A stretch of 63,999 nt of DNA, counting the filler, from Octopus bimaculoides (Eukaryota): assembly GCF_001194135.2 (NCBI RefSeq). It is 9 parts of 7 records of this genome, joined end to end, with 100 filler letters (N's around TTAATTAATTAA, not from the genome) between each part and the next. Parts side by side here need not be neighbours in the genome. Positions count along the whole stretch, not along the records: positions 51,807 to 58,365 come from NC_068999.1; positions 58,466 to 61,628 come from NC_069004.1; positions 61,729 to 62,895 come from NW_026413940.1; positions 62,996 to 63,999 come from NC_068983.1; 5 more parts are not named here. One strand, written 5' to 3'. A program made the translations under genes and the position numbers. Below, piece after piece: positions 52,550-63,999 of the stretch (the first letter of the stretch is position 1; the number at the start of each line of letters is the position of its first letter). The notes beneath the pieces were generated by a model. That model made no database searches, was not told the DNA's origin, and saw nothing but the letters and a program-made list of their open reading frames with translations.

Positions 52550-52780
52550 TATATTCAAAACTTTACTAAGGGTCAATTGTATATATTTGTCATTTAATTT
52601 TCTTCTTTCTTATTTTAAATAATTATTTACATTATATGTGTTTATTTCCTGTTGTCACCTTTTGAAGTCTGTCAGTTCAAATGTCTCTTTATATACTCCA
52701 CTACAGAATATGACAAAGAAAGAATTATATTCTAAATGCTTATTTACATGCTTGCTAAATATGTTTGCTTTCATCTATAC

Positions 52781-55592
52781 CAGACATGTCAAACTCCTGG
52801 CCTGTGGGCCACTTCCAGCCCATGCAGCAATTTCATCCAGCCCACGAGACCATTTTGATATCAGCATGAAATTGGTCCAAAAGGCAGCATCAGCAAACAG
52901 AGCACTTTGCTGCCCTCAGCAACACCCATGCCTTGTTACAACTACACATACATAGTGTGTGGCTAAAGCAGGCCATTACATTATATATAGCACTAACTGC
53001 ACTACCTTTCTTACTAAAAGTAACAATAATTCAATATATGACTATAAACAACACCACGGCAACTATTACACCCTGTCTGTACAAAAAAAACACATTAAAG
53101 AGGCATGATAACACAGTCACAAGTCTTAATTGCAACTGCAACAAAGAATGCTGGGAAATGCTTCCTTCGATTCTCTAATCGCATGTTATGAAGTGCTGCT
53201 GACGCAAAATCTACTAATACCATAATGCACAACAGCCACCTTACTACTCTTTTGGATGATCCTTTTCATGGGATATCATTCAGTAGTAGTAGCTATCTAT
53301 ATCAATGGCCAAAGAGAAAAGTCAATGCTGGAAACAGAGCCTTTCAAATCCAGTGGGAAACCGAGCACATGTTTACTGACATTGATGGCAAACCCGTGTG
53401 TCTTAATTGTGGTGCTAATGTTGTTGTACTTAAAGAGTATAATCTCAAATGCCACCATGAGACAAAACATCAGAACAAGTATAAATAGCTCACTACTGAG
53501 CAGAAGCAATGAAAGGTACAGAAGCTGAAGAGGAATCTCACATTACAACAGACTTTTTTTTAATCAAAGCAAAATCACAAAGTGAAGTTGCTGTGAAAGC
53601 AAGTTTTGTTGTAGCAGAGATCGCAAGATCAGCCTGGCCATTTACCGAAGGAGAGTTTGTGAAGAGCTGCGTGATGAAAATGTGTGACATTTTGTGTCCA
53701 GACAAGAAGCAACTGTTTGCTAATGTGAGTATTAGCAGAAATATGGTTGCTGATCGGGTGCATGAGATGGCCACTGATTTGAAAATGCAGTTGATTGAAA
53801 AAGGCAAAGATTTTGTTGCATATTCTGTTGGTGTGGATGAGACTACTGCCACGACTGATACGGCACAGCTGGCTATTTTCATCCATAGAGTGGACTCCAA
53901 TTTGTTCGAAATTTGGAGAAAATTTTGGATATTAAATTGATACAAGGGACAACAACAGGAAAAGACCTTTTTGAAAAATTATATCAGAGTGTAACCAATA
54001 TGAATCTGCCATGGGACAAACTTGCTGGACTTACAACAGATGGAGCACTGGCGATGTGCAGTGAAAAAAGTGGACTAGTGGGTAGGATACATTTAAAGAT
54101 GCAAGAAGAGAACTGTGCTGGTGAGTTGACAACATATCACTGCATCATACATCAGGAAACGCTGTGCACTAAAGCTTTAAAAATGGAACATGTAATGAGC
54201 ACTGTAACACAAACCGTAAACTTTATCTGAGCTAAAGAGTTAAATCACTGCCAATTTCAGTCTTTCCTGTGGGAAATACATTCAGGATTCGGTGACGTGC
54301 CTTATCATATAGAGGTGTGGTGATTCAGTCGGAGAAAGGTCCTCAATATAGTTTTTGAGCTGGTTGAGGAAATGTGTCAGTTCATGGACAGTAAAGGAAA
54401 AGAATCCAAAGTTCTGCGGGATGAAAAGTGGAAATGTGAGTTGGCATTTCTGGTTGACATAATTGCACATCTCAATGTTTTAAATATTCAGCTCCAGGGA
54501 TGGGATCGCATGACCAGTGATATGCATGATGCAGTGAAGGCATTTCAAGTGAAACTGTGCTTATGTGAGACACAAATGCACCAATTGAACTTGTCTCACT
54601 TTCCCTGTTGCCAAGTAATGTTAAGCCAAGTCAGTGCCCTGGTGTTCCCAAAACAACACTTTACTGATAAATTGAATGCTCTTCACACTGAATTCGCGTG
54701 GCACTTTAGTGATTTTGAAGAACAGAAAAATAATTTCGAGCTGCTTTGCAACCCATTTGTGGTGAATGTGGAAACTGCACCTGTACAGATTCGAATGGAG
54801 CTGATAGAACTGCAATGTAATGAGACATTAAAAGCAGAATATGCCTCTGTGGGGCCCGCACAGTTCACTTGCTTCATACCTGTAGCAATGCCCCAGCTCT
54901 GTTTACATGATGCTTGAACGCTGTCCTTGTTTGGAAGCACATATCTGTGCGAGCAGCTGTTCTCTGTGATGGAGATGAATAAAACGTCACATAGGCGTCG
55001 TCTCACAGATAATCAACTGCAATCCATCCTGAGAGTCTCAACAACACAGAACTTTGTCCCAAACATCAATGAACTTGTTGCCAAGAAAAGATGCCAAGTA
55101 TATATATGCCAAGTATATATATGCCAAGTATATAAAGTATATGTACAAGTATATAAATGTATATATGCCAAGTATATAAAGTATATATACAAGTATATAA
55201 ATGTATATATGCCAAGTATATATGCCAAGTATATAAATGCCAAGTATATAGCTTGGACAGACTTGCATAAGGAAAATTAAAAGTTTTGATTTATTATTTT
55301 AATTTTCACTAAAAAGCACATTTTTTATTTATATTTTCTTTTTCTTTTGCAACATGTTCTTATTTTAAATTTTTATAATTTTGACAGGAAATATTTTTAT
55401 GTGGAGCAAAATATTTTAAGTAATTTAAGTTAAGAGTTAATTTATTTTTGGAATAAAATTATATGCCATCTGTTTCAATACATGTTCATGTTCAAAAAGT
55501 TTTAGTCTGTTCAATAAATATTTATCCTGTTCGACTTGTGACCTAAAGTGTGCTTTCAATTTTGGCCCCCTGTGTGATTGAGTTTGACACTC
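52781..55592 (+). mobile_element. Full-length decayed hAT (Buster/SPIN, GTF2IRD2-like) transposon
   Basis: TIRs CAGACATGTCAAACTC / GAGTTTGACACTC, with imperfect 8-bp TSD ATCTATAC / TTCTATAT. Zinc finger CLNC...HHETKH; VDETT, LTTDGA, HCIIHQE and FGSTYLCEQLFS motifs are split over frames. Confidence 0.92.
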
Positions 55593-56839
55593 TTCTATAT
55601 TGTTCTTATGCTATTTTAACATCATACTTTTTCTTCTCTCAAGTTAGAACCATATGTACAACTTTAAGATGAAGGACATGAAATTGGAATCACATCATTT
55701 TACAATCAGATTAATGTTTATGTGTGGAATTAATTATTTTGTCTTTAGTGTATTTCAGAATTATTTTCATAATTATTTATATAATTCTGGTCTAATTATG
55801 ATTTTACCAAATCCTGTTATAATTAGAATATTAATCATTTAAGATTTCATTATAATTTGGCAGCAAGTATTAGCCACTCTAGGTTCACTGTACTACATAT
55901 TTATCTTAACCTTGATTTCTTTGAATTGATGATGATGATCCTTGTAAAAATATATCAAATCTGTTGTGATGTAAACAACTCTGATACAAACAACAACATC
56001 TCTGTTTTTATACTTCTTTCAATGAAATTAACCTGTATTTTATATTTTACAATGGTTTTATCATAGAAGGAAAGCAGCTCTGATAACTTTTTGCAGAGCC
56101 TATGAGACTGGTTGAAGGAAGAAATAATAAATCAGGCCGGGGACTTAGTACAAATACATGTAGCAGAGATGACTTTGCTAAAAACATCCAGGGGCCATGG
56201 GATTTTTTTTATCTTGGTTGATGGATTGAAGTTCACTGCTTTATCTGTTGAAATTGGTTCTCTAAAAGTGAAAAATATGTTCATACGGCTTAGTGGCTAC
56301 TATGTTGGATTCAGGATCATAAGGATATGCATTTGATTCCTGAGTGGAGCAATGCATTGTGTCATTGAGCTAGGCATTTTATTTTGCATTGCTCCCATCT
56401 ACACAGCTGAAAATGGGTACCAGCCAAATACTGGTCTAACTCTATCACTCTCTCCCATTCTCACCTCTCTTCCCTTCTTTCTACCCTCTCCAACTATCAT
56501 ATCTTCAATGTTCCACTTGGTGAATGCAGGTTGGAACCAAATCAATGAGAAATATAAAGATCAAAATATATCATACATATAAACAATCTCTAATAAAATT
56601 AGGAACAGAAATAAGACAATAGCAATAAAGTCAAATATTTGTAAGAATGAAAAGAACAATAAAAATAGAAACTTCATTAAAAAAACGGTTAATTTGATAT
56701 TGTTGTTTTGGGCTAAACAATAAAAAAAAAAGGTTCTATGTGGAGGTCAGCTGGCCACACAACATCAATATGCTAAAATACTAATTTCAAGAGAAAAATG
56801 ACCACTATGAACCACTGATTATCAGTTTATAAATTCAGA

Positions 56840-57100
56840 ACATAGAATGCATTTTCAGACTAATGTCCAGCACAGTCTGAAGACCTCCATTCTGGAGTTA
56901 AGGATGTTCCCCGGGTCAAGGGAGTCCTTTAGAATCCTCACTCTTTCCACTATGTATAGTTTACAGCACTTGGTCCCGTTTATGTAGGGGTCTGGATTTT
57001 CTAGGTTTCTCCATGATATTGTGTATGGAATCCCGTCATCTTTCAACTGCCATACATGGCTGGCTAATGACATAACATATCTCCTTTCTGGTATCCTAAA
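56840..57100 (-). mobile_element. Penelope-like GIY-YIG endonuclease C-terminal remnant
   Basis: SLASHVWQLK...YTISW...Y..GTKCCKLY..ER..IL...LNSRME..C. Confidence 0.75.
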
Positions 57101-58465
57101 AGAGGATTTGTGGTTGGAGAGGCCTCATTTGAACATGTTCCTGGAGCAGTCGATGTATCTCTGTGGTTGGGTGTTAGCAGTGCTGTGTCTATTGGTATTG
57201 GTGCTGTTGCTACTGTTGTTGTTGGTACTGGCACTGTTGGTGCCATTACAGCTGGTGTTGGTAATGGTGCTGTTGCTGCTGTTGTTATGGTCATCATCAT
57301 TGATGGAGGTGCTGTCACTGCTGCTATAGATATCATGGCGATATCTGCATAGTGATCATTGGCAAACTCCAGAGGTGACACTTTCATTTCCTCTTAGACA
57401 TCACGTCACACAGTTGTTAATGTTTATTTGAGTTGGGTCACACCCTTCCAATTGCTATAGATCCATAATGCATCTTACGGCTGTGCCCGTCACATGTATG
57501 GTGAGGAATCCTACATTGGAGAGTGGTAACGACTAGGGTAGGGTAGCTGACTGCTTATTGTGATCATTTGTCTGTGGGTTTCCTGTAGTTTTGCTCTCTT
57601 TTACAAACTCAGTGAACATTCAGATATTTCTGATTTCAAAAGAAATTTGAACAATAGATATGAGATCCAAGCTAAAAAAGATTCCTAATAATTCAACTTA
57701 TCTGGTTGACTTTAAGACCCCAACCCCACAAAAGGGACTTTAACTCCCACATTTTACAGCTCCATGTGCTCCATTTTTCAGGAGAAAAAACCTTTGAATA
57801 GGTTTCATAAGATTTGGATTTTGGAATCTGGGCATAAAGATGAGTAATATGGAATAAATATGTCATGATTAGAATTTTTGTTAGGGTGTGTAAAGAGGGA
57901 AAGAACCCTCATTAAAATTCTTATTCTGCAATTTTGATGAAATTCAAATCATAGATATTCTAGTTCATTAGAGAAAATATAAAAGAAAAGTCTAATTCTT
58001 CAATTCCATGTGACATGAGCAAAGTCAGGTATCTCTGCTAGTATCGAAATTGAACTAAATTCAACGACTGGAACCCATGCCTACGTCGTCCCCTTCATTG
58101 GACATGAAACTCGGCTTGCGAAGACCTGTAGGAGCAAGCAAAAGTGAAATGGTGATGGCACCTGTGCCCAGCGTCGCCTTCCTAGCACTTGTGCCGGTAG
58201 CACGTGTAAGTCATTTGAAAGAGATCGTTGTCAGTGCCGCTGGACTGGCTCCTGTGCAGGCGGCACATAAAATACACCATAAGTCTTTAGTATATATATA
58301 TATATATATATATAAAAACAAAAGTAAATGAGTATATGCATATATACGTACAGGTATGTGCATACNNNNNNNNNNNNNNNNNNNNNNNNNNNNNNNNNNN
58401 NNNNNNNNNTTAATTAATTAANNNNNNNNNNNNNNNNNNNNNNNNNNNNNNNNNNNNNNNNNNNN

Positions 58466-58512
<47 letters not shown>

Positions 58513-58917
58513 ACGTATGTATATTTTTATGTATGTGTTAGTCTGTGTATACATACGTAATATATGTATTTATATAACCCTATATAGATATACATCCGTC
58601 TTCCTGTATATCCATCGATATATATACACACACCCAACATTAGTTTGTTTTTTGCGTGACAATATATTTATATTATCCACGTTTGTATACATGCGTACGT
58701 TTGTATGTATGAATATGCATATATATATATGTATATATATATGTATGTATGTATGTACGTGCGTTATACATGTACGTGTATATAAATATTCACATGAGTG
58801 TATGTGCTTATTAAAGATTTTGTACTCATGTATGCAAGTATTGTGTGTATGCATATATACATGCTATTCGTATTTATATATGCAAATTTGTGTGTATGTA
58901 TGTTTATATATATATAT

Positions 58918-58992
<75 letters not shown>

Positions 58993-59183
58993 CTGATGCC
59001 TTGATATACAATATGATAGATAGTTTTAATGCTGATGTATGCGTTGATATTCCTGGCTAAACTGCAATTTTGTACTTTGATGTCTGATGTTAAAGATATT
59101 TAAAATGACCTCTTCATATAACGCTGATAAATGAGAAATATATACGTATAAATTCATGCATATATATATATATATATATATAT

Positions 59184-59241
<58 letters not shown>

Positions 59242-60979
59242 ATACGTTCATTCATATACACAGCTCCAATGTGATTTATTGAAGATATCATCAACGTGTT
59301 ACTTGCGACGTATTCCTTCAATAATCTCTGTTTAAAAATAGAACGACAGTCTCTTATTTTTTTTCCTCTCTTTTCTTTTTTTTTTTTCTTTTCTAGAGCT
59401 TACGATATTTCCAAAATGTCCGACCATCAAACAAACGCAAAGTTTGAAAGGTTTTCAAACGGAAATATGTCTGCATACATTTTAATCTCAATGAACAAAT
59501 GCATAATGTAATACTGTATAATTTCTTATATTGTGACAACCCTCTCGTATAATGTCATTAATAATGTTATTTTTCATTGGTTATATTTTTATTGCGCGCT
59601 TATCTGAGCACTGCTGTGCGCGTCTCAGTGATGTGCAGTACAGAAGTGTTTAAAGCGGCGAGCTGGCAGAATCTTTAGTTTCATTTTGTCGCTTCTGTCC
59701 TCCGAGGTCGAATTTTCTGTCATCTTTTCTTGGTCGATTATATAAGTACCAATTGAACACTGGGGTCAATGCAATCAACTTACCTCCTCCTCCCCCGAAA
59801 TTACTGGCGTTATTCTAAAATTTTAAACCAATATATATGTCGCATCTAAAAGCGTTTCCCTAAAAACGGTGTTCTCCTAATGTATTCTTGTGCACGTGTT
59901 CAATCGTTCCCAATGCTTTTATTATCATATAGCAAAACAGAAGGCTGTTAACACGCCGGACAAAAAGCTTCACAGCATTTCTTTCGGCTTCAGGTACGGA
60001 GTTCAAATTTCACCGAGGATGAGATTGCTCTTCATCTTTTCTAAATCGATAAAATAAAATACCTGACATGTATAGATTCGATGTAATCAATTTTCTCCCT
60101 CCCGACGAAACTGTCAGCCTTCTGCCAAAATTAAAGATAATTATTATAAGGACGGATTAATGATATTAATCGTACTATTCTTTTCGTTATGGGAAATTCC
60201 AAACACTTTAATTGTTTAATTTATCGATCCTCTTCTATTTGCAAATAGATTATCATCAAATAATTCTGATACTTTGACTAAGATATACTCTCTTATTAAA
60301 CGTACAATGACAAAGCAATCTACTCCAGTGGTTCTCAACCGGAGCCTACATGGACACGAAACAAACCATGTAAGGTATTTTTTTTGTTGTTAAAATTTAT
60401 GTGTAATAAATTGAAAAGTAATGTTTATCGCCACTTAAAGATGAATGTTCTATAAGAACAGACGATGCTGCCATCTTAACCCCGGGAGGATGTTTACTCC
60501 AGCTGGAGACCACTATATCATGTGAATTCGATCTTAATTGAATATCCTCAGTGATGGATACTCGTCTCTTCCTGTGAAGCATTTTAGGATGATGATGAGC
60601 TTATTTCCGAGGTAGAGCCTTAGCTCCAGAGGTAACCTACCGACTTCCGCAGACAAGGTCTTTACATCTGCATAAAGCGGTGGCAGAATCGTGTCGGCAT
60701 TGATGAAGGCTATGTGGTGAAGGACTAATAATTATGCCAAGTTTTGTTTATCCCAATCCTTGAGAAGTGGGTCAGGCTAAATCTTTAATGAACGTTTCTC
60801 GTAAATACCTACACGTGCACAATATATGTATAAATATTCTGACAAATGTAATAAAGGATAATGAGATATTAATGATTGATGAAGTTGATGTTGTTGATAT
60901 TATGGCTAACCTTCACTCTCTTGTTCTTCAACTTTCTTTTTTTTACATCAGCTCTTGCCTTTTCTTATAGATAGATAAG

Positions 60980-61053
<74 letters not shown>

Positions 61054-61582
61054 TAAGTGTTTCCCTAAGAACATATATATGTGTACATATATATATATAT
61101 TGGATATGTGTGCATGTGTTTAGAATTTTATATGTCTCTACCTGCTACTATATTTAGATGTGTATGTTCGCATATAGTTGACAATTGTGGCAACCTTGTC
61201 AAAGAATTGAAATATCTATCAGCAGTACTTTTGAGGGGATTCCGAATGAAGCACGTTTGACACATATGTCTCCCATCAAGTATAACAGATTCTATATCAT
61301 ATTGTATAATATACATAGATGAATATACATGTATATGTGTGTCTGTGGTCTTTTGTATACGTATACATCTGTTTGCAACTATATATGTGTGTGTGTTTGC
61401 GCGCGCGCGTGTGTGACGGGTACGTGCGCCGTGTGTAAGTGTGTACTACACAATACTATGAACAAATAATGTTAAAGAATTGCGCTGCAACAGAGTTTTT
61501 TTTCCTTTTGAAAGACAATATTGAATATAGTTTATTTATTTTTCACTCTTCATATTCTACACTTATGTATATTTATATGTAC

Positions 61583-61628
<46 letters not shown>

Positions 61629-62590
61629 NNNNNNNNNNNNNNNNNNNNNNNNNNNNNNNNNNNNNNNNNNNNTTAATTAATTAANNNNNNNNNNNNNNNN
61701 NNNNNNNNNNNNNNNNNNNNNNNNNNNNTAAACATCCAATTCACTGGTACTTCAGTTGGATACCATATAAATATTGGTGTAATTCAATAATAAAGAGAAA
61801 TTAAATATGGAGATATTGTGGTGAAAATGCAATAATATATTTATATTACAATATTACATTAAATACTATGAATATAATATATAACAGTATTATAAAAAAC
61901 ATAAAAAGTCACCAAATTTTTCGTCTTAATATATTTTTTTTTTGTGATATACATAACCACAGTTCCATTATATATCAATCACTTCAGGGTCCTTGGTTCA
62001 GAAAGACGAAATCCCGTCTGAAAGGATGGCTGGATTGTCAAAATTAATTCAAATGTCAATGTTATGAGCGTGAGTGTTGACTATTTAATCTTACGTCAAT
62101 TACAATTAAAAAACAACAAAAACATTTTAACGGACGATATAATCAAGTAAGTGCAATCTACAACCATCAAAATTATCTTCGTTATATCTGAAACACACAC
62201 CAATTGGAACCCTTTGATGCCCAAGATATTCTCTTGTCATCACAACTTCCAATAATATGTGTATATAAATGTATATAATTAAGTGTCTAAATCTTTTCCT
62301 ATGTGTAACTTCAACAAAAAATATATACATCTTCAATACAACAACTCTTTTATAAATTTAAATCAGTTGGTGTAATAAAATTTATTGCTTAAATTAATTA
62401 ATAATAATCTTCTATATTTATTATTTCCTCGGAGGTATAATTCCGTATTAGATATGAATACAAATCTAATGAAAATTTCTCTCTTTGTTTACTTAATCTA
62501 TCGCAGACAGAATTCCATAATTATTGTTAAAATTTACATGCGACTGTAAATACGATAACCAAAATCCCCCATATATATATGTATATATAT

Positions 62591-62657
<67 letters not shown>

Positions 62658-63013
62658 TATTAGTCTACAACAATGGAAATCAAATTTACTAATTTTTTAG
62701 GTGTAATCAGATTTCAAGTTACTTAAAAATGATTGTTATTCTCACACATGGAACAGAGAATTTAGTGAGTCGACAGGAATCATCAACGCAAACCGAACAA
62801 GCATTTGGCACAGTTCCCGATAAACTGATCTATATTATTATTTACAAAATCACGGAACATATATGGTATATGTCCAAACTTTAGCAATACTTTCANNNNN
62901 NNNNNNNNNNNNNNNNNNNNNNNNNNNNNNNNNNNNNNNTTAATTAATTAANNNNNNNNNNNNNNNNNNNNNNNNNNNNNNNNNNNNNNNNNNNNACAAT
63001 AATAATAATAATG

Positions 63014-63074
<61 letters not shown>

Positions 63075-63129
63075 CAACAACAACGACAATAATGATAATG
63101 ATAATAATAATAATGGTAATAACAATATG

Positions 63130-63500
63130 ACCTTGTGAGACTTTAACATTCAGACTGTCAGAGTAATAGAAGCTAGAAGGCCTGATTTAATACCAGCAGA
63201 CAAAAGAGAAAAGAAAGTGCCAGGTAATTGACTTTACAATCCCAAATGATGAGAAAGTTAATATGAAAGATATGGAGAAACAGCAAAGTACCAGGACCTA
63301 GCCATTGAGTTACAGAGACTATGGAGAGTGCGGGTAAAATGTATCCCAGTAGTTATAGGCGCATTGGGAATTATCCTTAAAGATTTGAACAGATAGATAG
63401 GGGAAATTGGCATAAAACCCAGATTAGTACTGCCCCAGAAAACAGTATTATTAGGGACAGCTAGGATACTTAGGGGGGTTCTTGGCATCTAAAGTTACTT
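63130..63500 (+). mobile_element. R4/Dong-like RLE LINE 3' fragment embedded in (TAA)n
   Basis: DFNIQT...ARRPDLI...IDFTIP...KYQDLAIELQRLW...IPVVIGALG...LLGTARILR. Confidence 0.85.
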
Positions 63501-63555
63501 GTTGTAGCACGATGTTAAGACTTTTTCTTTTCCAAAAAATATCAACAGCAACAAA

Positions 63556-63589
<34 letters not shown>

Positions 63590-63614
63590 AATAATAATAA
63601 TAATAATAATAATC

Positions 63615-63930
63615 AGCGAAACGGGCTGATTACTACCTAGCTCAGATACCAGGAAACCCCAAAATCGCTGAAGTTCAAAAGATAGTGCTCATGGGAACTG
63701 CCCATATCCTACGTAAAATACTGTCTATGTGATCTCAAATTTTAAAACAAACACATAATTTTCTTATGGTTTCTTAAACATTCTCTAGAACAACACTATG
63801 TATAAATATAAATATATGGTACCCTAGGCATAACACCTACATGAACTTCTAATTTGTTGTCTCTTGAGGTCTCTGGGTGAGACTTGGATCCAACTTGTAC
63901 AAATGCAAAGCAAAAGTCAAACATAAAATA
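63615..63930 (+). mobile_element. Extreme 3' end of another RLE LINE, between (TAA)n tracts
   Basis: IPGNPKIAEVQKIVLMGTAHILRKILSM* followed by UTR and (TAA)n. Confidence 0.7.
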
Positions 63931-63936
63931 ATAGTA

Positions 63937-63999
<63 letters not shown>

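Noticed and set aside
60326-60515. hAT-like MITE (CAGTGGTTCTCAACC end)
   Set aside because: The left end is convincing but the right TIR is too degenerate and no TSD is evident.

Overview
AT-rich, microsatellite-saturated animal genomic DNA. The SINE families and (TA)n/(CA)n/(ATGT)n load look like an octopod cephalopod; this is inferred, not verified. The window is not one contiguous sequence. Eight 100-bp artificial spacers (44 N + TTAATTAATTAA + 44 N) join nine segments, and there are many ordinary N gaps. Most of it is decayed transposons: Gypsy, Penelope, R4/Dong-like RLE LINEs, mariner/maT/Tc1, hAT-Buster, Helentron-type elements and SINEs. The only substantial host coding sequences are two tandem minus-strand paralogues (first exons 16041-16994 and 23145-24095). 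They have the architecture of gustatory-receptor-like (GRL / 7TM ion channel) chemoreceptors. Each has an intact TM1-TM6 first exon, a phase-0 donor and a conserved TATA+TAATCC promoter, and a third orphan copy of that promoter is present. The adjacent second exons, which should supply TM7, are broken in both genes. This raises the possibility of variable first exons splicing to a shared terminal exon, or of 6-TM receptors. The window also holds several Penelope-type minimal hammerhead ribozyme candidates, two of them inside an ~850-bp natural palindrome.
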